Shown in pieces: positions 1 through 13,346 of a DNA stretch of 64,000 nucleotides. Position numbers and translations under genes: made by a program. Position 1 is the first letter of the stretch; every line of letters begins with the position of its first letter. The stretch is from Eledone cirrhosa (Eukaryota). The DNA lies in assembly GCA_964016885.1 (NCBI GenBank), contig OZ024750.1, positions 10,540,001 through 10,604,000 on the forward strand, given 5' to 3'. A model generated the notes under the pieces. The model made no database searches. It had not been told where the DNA came from and saw only the letters and a list, made by a program, of their open reading frames with translations.

Positions 1-63
1 AACAAACACATATATATCTATATATAATAAAACAAGGACGAATGGTTACTCCTTCATTACGCT

Positions 64-159
<96 letters not shown>

Positions 160-539
160 TATGAGAGAGAGAGAGAGAGATTCTACTCTTTCGACTGAAC
201 ATTTATTGTGGGATTCTGTTACTTGCTTCACCTCACCTCACCCTCCGACCCCACCCTACTACCTGCCCTCCACTCCCACCCTCCCACCTCGCCTCACCCT
301 CCCATCCAACCCTACTACCTGCCCTCCCTTCCCACCTTACCCTCCCACCCTCCCGCCTGCCCTCACCCTCCCACCTCACGCCCACCCCGTTTTTTTTTAT
401 TTCGGTATTTTCCCAATAATTACATGTTAAATAATTGAAACTATTTTCTGATATTTCAGGTATATTTTTATATCAAACATGTGGTAATATTGATACCGTA
501 TAATCTCCCTAACATCAATATATGTTATACTTTTCTAAA

Positions 540-1375
540 TAGAAACATTTAGATATATAAGTATATATAGATAGATATAAAGATATACACACATGTAGAT
601 AACCATAAACATTTACACATGTAGGTAGACATAAACATTTACACATGTAGGTAGATATAAATATACACACACAAGTAGGTAGATATAAAGATATACACAC
701 ATGTAGATAGATATAAAGATATACATACATGTAGGTAAACAAAGCTATACACACATGTAGGTAGATATAAAGATATACATACATGTATGTAAACATAAAA
801 GTATACACACATGTAGGTAAAATAAAAATATACACACATGTAGATAGACAGAAAGATATACACACATTTAGGTAAAATAAAGATATACACACATGTAGAT
901 AGATATAAAGATATACTCACATGTAGGTAGATATAAAGACACACACATACATATGTAGACAAAGGCATACATACACATGTAGATATACATAAATATATAT
1001 ACACACATGTAGATAGGCATAAAGACATACACACACATGTAGATATACAAAGACACACGCACATACATGTAGATAGGCATAAAGACATACACACACACAC
1101 ACACATACACATAAATACACACACATATGCACACGTAGATACACATAAACACACACACACACACGTATATATACATAAATACACACACATACACACGTAG
1201 ATACACAAAACCACACACATACACACGTAGATACTCACTCAAAGCCATTCACAGACACACACACATAAAGCCACACACACACACACGCATATATACACAT
1301 AAAGCCACACACACACACACGCATATATACACATAAAGCCACACACATATAGATACACAAAGCCCAAACATACAT
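540..1375. repeat. Minisatellite, ~24-30 bp unit (AGATATAAAGATATACACACATGTAGGT-like), drifting along the array
   Basis: The ACACATGTAG core recurs with a regular period, and the unit changes gradually to ACACATAAAGCCACACAC at the right end. Confidence 0.9.
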
Positions 1376-1509
1376 GTTATTCCTCTAAGATTCAATATAT
1401 CGACAATCGATTTATCTAATTAATTATTTTTTTAAAATTTTTTTTTCATCGATGAATTTCTCAAGCAAGAAATCATTGTTTTGTGTGACATGGTTTCTCC
1501 ACGTTAAAT

Positions 1510-1700
1510 AATTGTTTCTACTTTTGGCACAAGGCCAGCAATTATTCAGTGCATTACTGGTACTTTATTTTATCGACCCCGTAAGGATGAAAGGCAAAGT
1601 TAACCTCGGCGGGATTTGAACTCAGAATGGCAAGGGCCGTAACTCTATGCGTCAAAGCATGGCGTCCGACCCTCTACCGATACTGCCAATCCACTGCCCT
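1510..1700 (-). mobile_element. tRNA-derived SINE, family S1, near full length
   Basis: Reverse complement of the consensus GGCGGTGGATTGGCAGTATCGGTAGAG (A-box-like) ... GAGTTCAAATCCC (B box) ... CTTTCATCCTTACGGGGTCGATAAAATAAAGTACCAGT ... GGCCTTGTGCCAAAAGTAGAAACAATT. Confidence 0.9.
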
Positions 1701-1986
1701 CTTGTTAATAATGATTCGAGGTATATCTAGCTACTGTTACTTCAGGTCAAGTAACCACACAGAGCCTCCTTCACTGGCATGTAGTACTGACTGTTATATT
1801 ATACAGAGATTTATCGGTTCTGGTATACAGAGAATTGATGTTTTCGCACATAAACATGGAGGTTACAAAGTTTGGTTTTGATTGGTTATTCGTTTTATCG
1901 ATTTTATCGATTTTATCGATCTCTCACCACTACAGGAGGAAATCCCAATGATTCTCAGTAACATAACTCATCGTTGGTCATATATA

Positions 1987-2398
1987 TACGAGGGCAATCC
2001 CAAAAGTAAGGTCTGCTTCCGATATTGCAACTTCCGATATTGCAACTTTTCCGTTAAAATCCTGTGGATGGTCCTTCGGGAAACTCCAGGAACCAAAATG
2101 CAGAGAACATCCAGAGTGATCCGCCGATCTTTACGCATGTTTTCCTCGGAAGGAGACCTTACTTTTGGGATTGCCTTCTATATAATAACTGCGCGAAATT
2201 CGCACTTGGCGGTAGCGTTCAACGGGAGCTCCATTCTCAACGGCTGCCAAGCCAAGATTGAGCATCCCTGCGAAGCGCGCGCATGCTTGTTTGGGAGTGA
2301 AGGAAGCACCAATCACAACAGTGTTGCCAACAGCCGTACGAACAGTTTCTCTGCGTCCCCATCGCTTTGGAGACCTTACTTTTGGGATTACCCTCGTA
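1987..2398. mobile_element. Tc1/mariner-type MITE with 28-bp TIRs and an extra internal right TIR
   Basis: TACGAGGGCAATCCCAAAAGTAAGGTCT at 1987-2014 has reverse-complement matches at 2371-2398 and 2154-2180. TA flanks. Confidence 0.85.
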
Positions 2399-2443
2399 TA
2401 TATATATATCTATATATCTATATATATCTAAGGATATATACAC

Positions 2444-3130
<687 letters not shown>

Positions 3131-3414
3131 CATCGTTTGATCCTAATACCGGGTGTTCGTTTTCTAAACCCACCTATTTTACTGAAACAAAACACCACAA
3201 CTAAGTTATATGAATATTAATAGATTAATCTTTAGAAATTTAATGGAACTCTCCACCTTATTGTGTATACATACGATTGATTCTGTGTATGTTTGTTTGT
3301 ATGTTTGTATGTATACATATTTGGGTTAACAGACATACACACTCACACAACACGCACAACCTTGTATATATGTATATATGTATATATGTATATATGTATA
3401 TATGCACGTATCTA

Positions 3415-3463
<49 letters not shown>

Positions 3464-3995
3464 CAAAAACGAAGGAGAGGCGGTGTTTCTGTGCGTAATA
3501 GCCATGGCGAAAGAGGTTGTATGGTGGACGCGTCTGAAAGGACTGAAGTCAGACACCTTTCTCTCTGGCCAACAACTGGTCCGTTTCTTCCGATATCATT
3601 TCGGAAGAAGGATCAGGATGGAGAGAGAGGTGCTGCACCCCAGCCGTTTCTATGAAAGATGGGTGAAAGTGGCGAGAATGGCCCGTGTGAATGGGCCTTC
3701 ACTCTACATCAGACTATAGGTGAGGAAGATGAAAGACCAAGGGAGCACCCCTTCTCTGTGCTCCTGAGGAGAAGGGTTGCACACTTTTTTCGGGGGTGTG
3801 TGCGACCCCCCAAGGCGCCTCCTCTCTATCGAGGGCTTTGTTATAAATTTTATTTTTTGTTATATTTTATTTTATTTTTATATATTGTTATTGCCTCCTC
3901 CCTATTGAGGACGCCTTGTTTTGTAAACTCCCCCCATTGTACTTGTCCCACTTTTGATGCCCTGGTGGCAAATAAAAGAAACATATCTATCTATC
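3464..3995 (+). mobile_element. 5'-truncated Tx1/L1-type LINE 3' end (ORF2 C-terminus plus 3' UTR)
   Basis: The frame ending at 3719 reads FLCVIAMAKEVVWWTRLKG...FFRYHFGRRIRMERE...FYERWVKVARMARVNGPSLYIRL*, resembling L1/Tx1 ORF2 C-termini (K..IW..R and F...W pattern). AATAAA at 3971 and (TATC)n on both sides. Confidence 0.7.
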
Positions 3996-4010
3996 AATCA
4001 ATCATGTAGT

Positions 4011-4258
4011 TGTCTCCGTGGCCTAACGGTAGGTACTAGAGACGGTGGAGATCCTGGTCTGGTGTTCAATCCTGATCAAGAAGTACATGTAACCTTTTTG
4101 GGTGTGTGTGACCCACGTCAACGCCCCCTCCCTATTGAGGACTTCGATTGTTGAATTTGATTTGTTATATGTTTTTACACGTCCCTTGAAATGTATGTAA
4201 ACTCCCCCTCTTGTATTTGTCCCAATCTTTGATGCCCTGGTGGTGAATAAATAGAAAG

Positions 4259-4307
<49 letters not shown>
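4011..4307 (+). mobile_element. tRNA-headed SINE (family S3) whose 3' half matches the adjacent Tx1-type LINE 3' UTR
   Basis: A box TGGCCTAACGG at 4019-4029 and B box GTTCAATCC at 4064-4072. Shares CTCCCTATTGAGGAC, TGTAAACTCCCCC and TTTGATGCCCTGGTGG..AATAAA with 3895-3976. Ends in a (TATC)n tail. Confidence 0.75.
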
Positions 4308-4310
<3 letters not shown>

Positions 4311-4466
4311 ACGTTCTGAGTTCAAATCCCACCGAGGTTAGCTTTGCTTTTCATCATTACGGGGCGGAGGGTGGATAAAATAAAGTACCAGTAATGCATT
4401 GGGGTCGATTTAATCGACTTTCCCATCCCCAAATTTCTGGCCTTGTGCCTAAATCAGAAACAATTA
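4308..4466 (+). mobile_element. SINE S1, 5'-truncated
   Basis: B box GAGTTCAAATCCC, central domain and the GGCCTTGTGCCTAAATCAGAAACAATT tail. Confidence 0.85.
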
Positions 4467-4750
4467 TCCAGTTATAAAAAATGTTAATTCTATAACCGAA
4501 GCAGTGTAGATATAGCATGTATTCAACCGCTTTCCAGTTGTTGCTCATAAAATGAAAGATTTGTATAAATATTGGATTTATCATTGACATTCTTTTATAT
4601 CTCTTAGCCATACATTACACGTCTGTCATTCACGCAGGTAACTCAACAGGCATGCAATGAGTCAATCAAATATTGAGGCCCGGGATATAAAATACATCGT
4701 TTTTTTTTAAACCATACTTCCCATACCGAAATTAACTGCACAGTCGTAGC

Positions 4751-5038
4751 CAAGAGCCTTGTTTCAGGGGGGTACCAGGGGACAAGTCCCCCCCCCCCAC
4801 ACTTTTTCAAACTTCTATATATGTTGTTTTGGTTTATTTGGTATAATAAATTCTTTTTAAGCTTATTTTTTTTTATATCTGAACTTCATTTGAATATATA
4901 AAATTTAATTAGCGTAAAATTTTACTTATGTGATAGGGTCCGGCAAAAGCCACCATAAGCAATACTAACATACTCCTTTAAGATTCAACAAATGTTGGTT
5001 TGTCCCCCCTCACATTTTTAAAGCAAACAAGGCCCCTG
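4751..5038. mobile_element. hAT-type MITE
   Basis: Imperfect TIRs CAAGAGCCTTGTTT / AAACAAGGCCCCTG, with an 8-bp TSD GTCGTAGC (4743-4750) / ATCGTAGC (5039-5046). Confidence 0.8.
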
Positions 5039-5239
5039 ATCGTAGCAGGCTTTTGGATAAGAGTCATTGCAGGTTCTGTCTAATCTCTACATTAACAATT
5101 TTACTGTTTAATGTGGATGCAAAATCTGTTTGTATGGAACATCACTTTAGGGTGTCTTAATATTATTGAAATTTGCTGAATTTTGTGAATAGGCATCATA
5201 TCTTGTCATTTACCTATGATTTAAATTTTATATAAATCG

Positions 5240-5427
5240 AAGGGAAACAAATTTTCAGCGGGGGTTTGAGCCCCCGGGGAACCCTTTGATTAAAATGAAA
5301 TATACGTAAGAAATTAAAGGGCATGAGTCCCAAACACGTGTCAAGTGTCATCAAGATCAGTTTGGTAGTTTTTGAGTTTTAGGTTCACAAACAAACAGAC
5401 AGAAATTGCTATTTATGTAATACAGAT
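5240..5427. mobile_element. Possible non-autonomous Helitron/Helentron-like fragment
   Basis: Ends in TCATCAAGATC...AGTTTTTGAGTT...ACAAACAAACAGACAGA...TTTATGTAATACAGAT, a layout I associate with HINE/DINE-like elements. No second copy in the window. Confidence 0.35.
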
Positions 5428-5446
5428 TTGGTTGTACAGAGACTGG

Positions 5447-5585
5447 AGGCAACAAATTAGCCGAGTCCTTTAACGTCTGATAGAATTCTTTCTGCTCTCT
5501 CAGTTCAAATCCAGCCGAGGTTAACTTTATCTTTCATACATTTGAGGTCGATAAAAAAATACCATTTTAGTACTGGGGTCAATTC
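5447..5585 (+). mobile_element. Diverged SINE S1
   Basis: GTTCAAATCCAGCCGAGGTTAACTTT...GGTCGATAAAA...TACTGGGGTC. Confidence 0.7.
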
Positions 5586-6176
5586 TTCCTTTATATCTCT
5601 TTCTCTCACTTTCTATCCTTCTCTGGAAGAAATCTGCTCAATTCAGACATGGGGAGAGGGAGATAGGTTTGTTAATATATTTTGTTGGCATTGATAATCT
5701 TCCTGTTAATGATTTGTGGCGTTCCTGTTAATGTTGACTGTATTACTCGAGCAAAATATACAAAGTGAAAACAGCATGGAGGAAGGTTACATAAACTTGT
5801 TTCATTGGCTTTGTGTCAACATCTAGGTGTTATATATGAATGGCGTCTTGCATACAAATACATTGAAGTCAAATGAAAACACGGGAGCCAAGCAATAAAT
5901 GGAGAACCGTTATGAACATAAACATGGCGATGATGATGATGGTGACAAAAACATCAACAACACTCTGAAGAACAATAAAATACTACAGAAGTGTGTGTAT
6001 GTATATAAATGTATGTCTGTATGTCTGTATGTTTGTAAGTACACACACACGTACACATATAAATATATGTGTGTGTATATATATGTATATATATATATGT
6101 GAGTCTGTGTGTGTTTGTACATAATGCTGATTACACAATGAACGAAAAAGAGAAGGAACATGTAAATATATGTATG

Positions 6177-6262
<86 letters not shown>

Positions 6263-6314
6263 ATATATAAATATAGCATACATATATTTATTTACATATT
6301 CCTTCTCTTTTTCG

Positions 6315-6352
<38 letters not shown>

Positions 6353-6432
6353 TACTTATATATGTATATATATTTACATATATATGTATATATACACACA
6401 TATATATAAACACACACACACTTATGTGTATT

Positions 6433-6465
<33 letters not shown>

Positions 6466-6502
6466 GCACATATATATAAACACACACACACTTATGTGTA
6501 TT

Positions 6503-6539
<37 letters not shown>

Positions 6540-7039
6540 GCACATATATACATATATCACTACTCCTTTGTTTTGTCTGATTGTTCAAAGAATAAGTAGA
6601 ACCCTATAGAGCTGGAGAGTCTACCCTACTATTGATAACTTTGATATGTTAATTCAAAGCATTTGCTTAATAGAAGCAAAATAGAGAATATCAATAATTC
6701 ACAGAAACTATATATATAAATCATTTCTTAGTTACTTCCAATACACCAACTGCATATTTCATGTGTAGTAGTAGTAGTAGTAGTAGTAGTAGTTGTAGTG
6801 GTAGTAGTAGTGATTGTAGTGGTAGTAGTAGTGGTTGTAGTGGTAGTAGAAGTGGTAGTAGTGGTAGTAGTAGTGGTAGTAGAAGTGGTAGTAGTGGTAG
6901 TAGTTGTTGTTGTAATCTTAATTCCTTATTCTCTTTGATGCTGTATGTGTGCGCGCGCGCGCGCGTGTGTGTATGTGTGTGTGTGTGTGTGTGTGTGTCA
7001 CTAGCTCTCCCTCCTCTCATTCTTCCTTTTTCTCTTTCT

Positions 7040-7105
<66 letters not shown>

Positions 7106-7129
7106 CTCCTTTTGTTGTCGCGTCACTCT

Positions 7130-7191
<62 letters not shown>

Positions 7192-7327
7192 ATATATATG
7201 CCTATATATATATGTGTGCGTGTGTGTATATATATATATAGGGAAAGAATTAGGACCCCGACGGCTGAGCTCCGGCCGTTTCGATAGCTAGATCCGAATG
7301 GTATACCTGGTTTCTTACCACACTTTG

Positions 7328-7379
<52 letters not shown>

Positions 7380-7409
7380 AGATCAAAAGATGGTTAAAAG
7401 AGTTCCATG

Positions 7410-7480
7410 TATTTTATTATGCGCATTTCAAAAACAAATATCATCATGCAATAACATTTGTGTTTTCATCAGATAAAATA
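7410..7480 (-). ncRNA. Type I hammerhead ribozyme, intact core
   Basis: Reverse complement of 8025-8095. Confidence 0.85.
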
Positions 7481-8024
7481 GGAAGACATGATATGAAGGT
7501 TAAAAGACACTTGTGAATAGTGCAGTTTTAAATCAACATATGAAAAGTAGTTTTAGATTGATGTGTGATATTGGGAAAAAAGATTTTTTGAGGGGAGGGG
7601 GAGGTTGGAAAGGATGAAAAAGAGGAGCAGATGAGAGTAAAAAGTGGAGAGGAAGGAGTATAATGAGGAAGGATGAGATAGGAGGAGAGATGGGTGATAG
7701 AGAGAGAGAGATAGCTTTTATAACTGAGAAAAATATATTGTTTTACATAGAGAGGTTGAAAAACCGTTGGAAGATAATATATAAATTAAAAGAATTTGAA
7801 AATTAACGAAGAGAAAAATAATGTTAAGTTAAGGTTTGTATATTGAAGGGTTTAATAATATGTGCGATGAAAAGAAATTGTATTAAGAATAATATTTAAG
7901 GGTTTAATAATATGTGCGATCTCCCCTAAAAACATCTTTTTTCCCAATCTAAAACTACTTTTTATATGTTGATTTAAAACTGCACTATTCACAAGTGTTT
8001 TTTAACCTTCATATCATGTCTTCC

Positions 8025-8095
8025 TATTTTATCTGATGAAAACACAAATGTTATTGCATGATGATATTTGTTTTTGAAATGCGCATAATAAAATA
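8025..8095 (+). ncRNA. Type I hammerhead ribozyme, intact core
   Basis: UAUUUUAU-CUGAUGA-[16-bp helix II, one mismatch]-GAAA-UGCGCA-UA-AUAAAAUA. Helix I is a perfect 8 bp, helix III is the palindrome AUGCGCAU, and the cleavage triplet is AUA. Confidence 0.88.
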
Positions 8096-8232
8096 CATGG
8101 AACTCTTTTAACAATCTTTTAACCATCTTTTGATCTTATATATTATGTATACTCCAGTCCTACAAACTGTAGAGTGCTTCTTATCCGATATCTGCATTGC
8201 TTTATTGTACTACAATAAAACTCACCTCCTAC

Positions 8233-8298
<66 letters not shown>

Positions 8299-8786
8299 GG
8301 TGTTTGGGTGTTTGTGTGTGTGTGCTATGTATGTATGTAAGTATGGGCAAATAAAAACCTGGTCTGGGCTAAAAACATTTTGAGGAAAACCGACGTAAGA
8401 CCCGCACAGGTCTACAAAGACATTTAAATATCCAGAGCCCAGGAAATTTAACAACATCGTGTCACTTCTGGTGAGACATACTTGTACTATTTTAATAGAA
8501 ATTTCAAACACCTGTCGGAGCCCTAGAAAAGCACGTCTGACGAGAAGTGGTCAAATGGTGGTAACATAAACAAAATAAAATACACTGGAAAAACTTTACT
8601 TGGTTTTCTGTTGTTTCATTTGCCATCAGTTGACCTTCGTATTTTCTACATTCTACTGGCTTTTAAAAAAACTTATCAGTCATTTACTACACACCTCACA
8701 ATGCTTTGTATTAATTATACTATTCTATATTTATAAATATACATATATATAAATATACATATAAATATACATATATAAATGCACAC

Positions 8787-9275
<489 letters not shown>

Positions 9276-9276
9276 A

Positions 9277-9668
9277 AGGGCCCATGCTTTGCAGTATAGA
9301 GTTATGGCCCTTTACGTTCTGAGTTCAAATCCCGCCGAGGTTAGCTTTGCTTTTCATCCTTCCGGGTCGATAAAATAAAGTACCAGTAATGTACTGAGAT
9401 AATTGCTGGCCTTGTGCGAAAAGTAGAAACAGTTATTATTATTATTATTAAGGGAGGTGGTTCGGCAGTATCGGTAGAGCGTCAGACACCATGCTTTTCA
9501 GCACAGAGTTAAGACCCTTTACGTTCTGAGTTCAAATCCCGCCGAGGTTAACGTTGTCTTTTATCCTTACGGGGTCGATAAAATAAAGCACCAGTAATGT
9601 ACTGGGGTCGATTTAATTGACTTTCCCTTCTCCCCAAGTTACTGGCCTTGTGCCATGCTAGAAATTAT
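9277..9668 (+). mobile_element. Two adjacent SINE S1 copies (9277-9435, 9449-9668)
   Basis: Two B boxes GAGTTCAAATCCCGCC, two central domains and two tails. Confidence 0.9.
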
Positions 9669-9732
9669 TAAAGCCGGTACAGTGTTACTTCATTTAAACG
9701 AGTTATTTAATTCTCAAGTTATTCTGTGCTAT

Positions 9733-9837
<105 letters not shown>

Positions 9838-10062
9838 GATGTGTGCATGTATGCGGATAAGGGTGTTTATATGTGTGTGGATGCACATCAATTAGCTCTT
9901 ACAAAATTAACGAATAAAGGAAAAACAACAACAACAACAACACAGCTAGACTGAATCAATATAGAGTATTCAGTGATATTATATTCGTTTTTGTTTTGTT
10001 GTTGTTATTATATGATGAAGCTGGCTGGTGTTTCCTTGCTAAACAACACAGTAGTGCATAAA

Positions 10063-10250
10063 TAATTGTTTCTACTTTTGGCACAAGACAAGCAATTACC
10101 CAGCATTAGGTACTTTATTTTATCGACCTCGTAAGGATGAAAGGCAAAGTTAACCTCGGCGGGATTTGAACTCAGATAATAAAGGGCCGTAACTCTATGC
10201 TGCAAAGCGTGGCGTCAGACCCTCTAGCGATAATGCCAATCCACACCCTT
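10063..10250 (-). mobile_element. SINE S1 with 16-bp TSD
   Basis: Full reverse copy. GTAGTGCATAAATAAT occurs at 10051-10066 and 10251-10266. Confidence 0.92.
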
Positions 10251-10657
10251 GTAGTGCATAAATAATGAGGCGGAATTTGACTCATCGTTAGAACTGCTAT
10301 TGATACGGTTGAATCTGCTTTACATTGCCACTGATGCTTACATAGAAGCTTTTCAATAGGTCGATGCTGTCATTGATATTTTATCTCACCCAATAGAATT
10401 TCAGAATCTCGACCCTGATTCTGCAGACTGGAATAGAATGTTTAAAAAAAAAAAAAAATGCATGTTACCATAAGAGGGTTTCTTTTTTATTCTGTTTTGA
10501 TAATGACTTTTTATCTGTGTGTGTGTACGTGTATGTCCCCCCCCTCTCTCTCTCTCTGTAAGTGTTTGTGTGTATCTCTGTGTGGTGTATATATGTATAT
10601 CTCTACCTCTATCTATTTCTTTCGTTATACACACACACACACACACACACACAAATA

Positions 10658-10761
10658 TATAGGGTGTCCCCCAAAAATGTATACACAATTTGATTACCAG
10701 TACAGGCAATATTTATTAGAATGCATAGTCTTTGTGTATACATTTTTGGGGACATCCTGTA
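10658..10761. mobile_element. ~100-bp Tc1/mariner MITE (family U)
   Basis: TIR TAYAGGGTGTCCCCCAAAAATGTATACAC and its reverse complement. Other copies at 26777-26879, 26952-27054 and 41231-41345. Confidence 0.88.
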
Positions 10762-10877
10762 CACACACACACACTCACACACACACACACACACACATAT
10801 ATATACATAGGAATATTAAAAACAACAACGCAGGAGTACAAGTTATGAATGGTATTATGTTCACGCTTAGTGAGAGT

Positions 10878-10933
<56 letters not shown>

Positions 10934-11063
10934 TACATGCAGAGAAATGTTACGGTGTTTAAATGAAAGAAGATATTCAATAGCTAGTTTAGAGTCTATT
11001 CATATATTTATTTGTATAGAGATTTCGTACTCTACTTACTGCATAGATTGTGTGAAATATGAA

Positions 11064-11113
<50 letters not shown>

Positions 11114-11139
11114 GTATGTATATATAATAATAATAATAA

Positions 11140-11305
11140 TAGATTTGAAGACTAAAATATATCAAATATATAAGAACCCTAGAGCAAATATTTATTAAAA
11201 TAACAGATTAAAGTTTAAGCAAATAATCGCTGCTTTCACCCTTAACGGGATCTTCTGAAACTGCTTTTCTTTGCTTAAACTTTAATCTGTTATTTTAATA
11301 AATAT
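11140..11305 (-). mobile_element. Hammerhead-bearing (TA)n insert, family C, fold-back
   Basis: A CAGAAGA-core fold lies on the minus strand at 11212-11262, with a short inverted arm at 11268-11305. Copies at 14612-14716, 17700-17852, 28313-28601, 44465-44648 and 50528-50672. Confidence 0.8.
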
Positions 11306-11354
11306 AAATATATATATAGGACTTGCTTCATTCGTAGGTTTAGTCCTATAGTAG

Positions 11355-11409
<55 letters not shown>

Positions 11410-11411
<2 letters not shown>

Positions 11412-11520
11412 AAAAGAGTCCTGACTCTTTTCCTATTACCCACTCTACTACCCTAAGTATCGAGTACTCTGGTGCGTTATGTCCACCTGGTTCCTTACCA
11501 CACTTTCTTCCTTTCTTCGT
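11410..11520 (+). mobile_element. Family B copy with collapsed palindrome
   Basis: GGAAAAGAGTC-CT-GACTCTTTTCC, followed by the family B tail TATTACCCACTCTACTACCCTAAGTATCGAGTACTC... Confidence 0.85.
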
Positions 11521-12844
11521 AATATATATATATATATATGATTAACTTGGTATGTAATATTTGATAAGTAAAATACGACTGGGAGGCGAAAGAGTAACCA
11601 GTACTCCAAATACACCTAACTTGTGTTTTTTTCTTACGTATTTAAATGTTTTATTGTTCAAATGCTGCTTGAATATTAGTCTAGTTTATTCTTCCGTCCT
11701 TTTCATGTATATGTGTCTGTAGATTCAGGTCATCTTTATTTTAGCGAATCTATACACGTTAGATAGGGATAAAAAGCAAGATACGATTACCTGTTTAATA
11801 CTACTGTAAAATATTATCGACTCGTCTCTCCTACCAAATGTTCGGTGTCGTACCAATGTAAGAAATCAATATTTATTTTATTGTGAACGAAAACTTTCAG
11901 AATTATTGTTTTTGTTATTCTATTTTATATTTAAGCATTTAAAAAAATAGATATATATATTTTCATCTTTTTAAAAAATATATTTTATGTATAATATATA
12001 CCTATAATTCTTTTTTTTTTTTTTTACTACGGGCACAAATAGATAAGTTTTAGTGTTTTTGAGATACCATAATATGTGATATCTATATATATAAAGCTAA
12101 TAAACAATTTATTTGCAATTTTATTTTTGTAGTTACTTCGTCATATACGAAAAAAAAAAGAGATAAAAAGGAGAGAATTCGTCAATTATCGCTATTCTTA
12201 GTTAAAGAATAATTCTCCTATTTTAGATATTTTCTTTAAATTCTACAGCTGTTATTTCTTTTGTATTATTTTAAGAGATTAAAAAGCAATTTCGTTTTAA
12301 TTTTTTATTTGGTTTTTCTTTGCTTTTCTATGATCGTTTATGTGTGTGTATGTCTGTAAGAGTTTGTGACGGTTTGTGAGTTATGTGAAGGTTTGTGTGT
12401 CTGTGTGTTTGTAAGAGTTTGTGAACGTTTGTGTGTTCTGTGAAGGTTTGTGTCTTTGTGTGTTTGTGAGTTCTGTGAAGGTTTGTATGTTTGTGATCGT
12501 GTCTGAGTGGCTAAGGTGATGGGAAATTGTCAATTGAAATTGATTTACAGCATCCTCTTGTTATCTCTTTCTGATATCCGGAGGGTGAGTGGGTGGGGGT
12601 GGGGGAAGAAATCGATCTTTATAAAAACGTGTTATATCTCACTTTATTATTTGTGATAAATATATATTTGTTTTGTTTTGTTTCTTATTTTTATTTGTTA
12701 TTAAATATTTGTATTCCATCTTATGTAATAATCTATTATAATGCCCATTAAAAATTCTTTCTGATAAGAAACGTTCAGTAGTGTTTCTCTCTCTCTCTCC
12801 ACACACACACACACATATTCATTTTATTATGGTTAAAAAGTGAG

Positions 12845-12894
12845 TCTTGTTACCCTGGAGTTTCGCCAGTTTATCACAGAGTCATCAGACAAGA
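12845..12894 (-). ncRNA. Type I hammerhead ribozyme (family E), intact core
   Basis: Minus strand reads UCUUGU-CUGAUGA-CUCUGUGAUAAACUGGC-GAAA-CUCCAGGG-UA-ACAAGA, with a 6-bp helix I and a GUA triplet. Confidence 0.75.
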
Positions 12895-12899
12895 ACTGT

Positions 12900-12949
12900 T
12901 CTCGTCTGATAACTCTGCGATAAACAGACGAAACTCCAGAGTAACAAGA
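12900..12949 (+). ncRNA. Hammerhead (family E), mirror copy with G8>A
   Basis: UCUCGU-CUGAUAA-CUCUGCGAUAAACAGAC-GAAA-CUCCAGAG-UA-ACAAGA. Confidence 0.65.
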
Positions 12950-13346
12950 CTCACTCACTATTTAACCTTTAATCAAATGAATATTTAAACGCTACTACGA
13001 TATATTGAGCACTATTTTCTCTATGCACAGCTGAGATGTACCTCATACAATAAATACAATAAATACGTAAGAATTCTGCAGATTTTTTTCAGGCATAATC
13101 AGAAACCTTTGAGATAAATACTGCTCTTTCGATACAGAATTTATCAACTGCTGGAAGATCATGTCATAACCCTTTTATATGAAGCACCACAAAACTTTCA
13201 CTCACACTCATTGTATTATATCCTTTCTATCACTATTAATTACGTACATAACAGTACAGAATATTATGTCACCCTTCTATCCCCCAAAGATCTGTTTTAA
13301 TGAGGACAGCTTTGACACTTGATGAAGTAAAAGAAAATGTCATATA

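Larger units (their letters stand above)
7375..8236 (+). mobile_element. Penelope-like element end (family P) with an inverted upstream copy, embedded in (TA)n
   Basis: A ~200-bp inverted repeat (7375-7580 vs 7945-8145) with a hammerhead in each arm. The 3' tail 8148-8236 recurs at 43200-43287, and a partial copy lies at 24190-24350. Confidence 0.8.

Noticed and set aside
540-1375. CRISPR-like periodic array
   Set aside because: There are no unique spacers and no cas genes, and the context is a eukaryotic minisatellite.
8533-8566. CTGACGA possible hammerhead; similar weak cases at 27978-28017, 43028-43060, 55742-55780 and 56757-56817
   Set aside because: Each has several core or helix mismatches and a single copy, so it cannot be separated from chance by eye.
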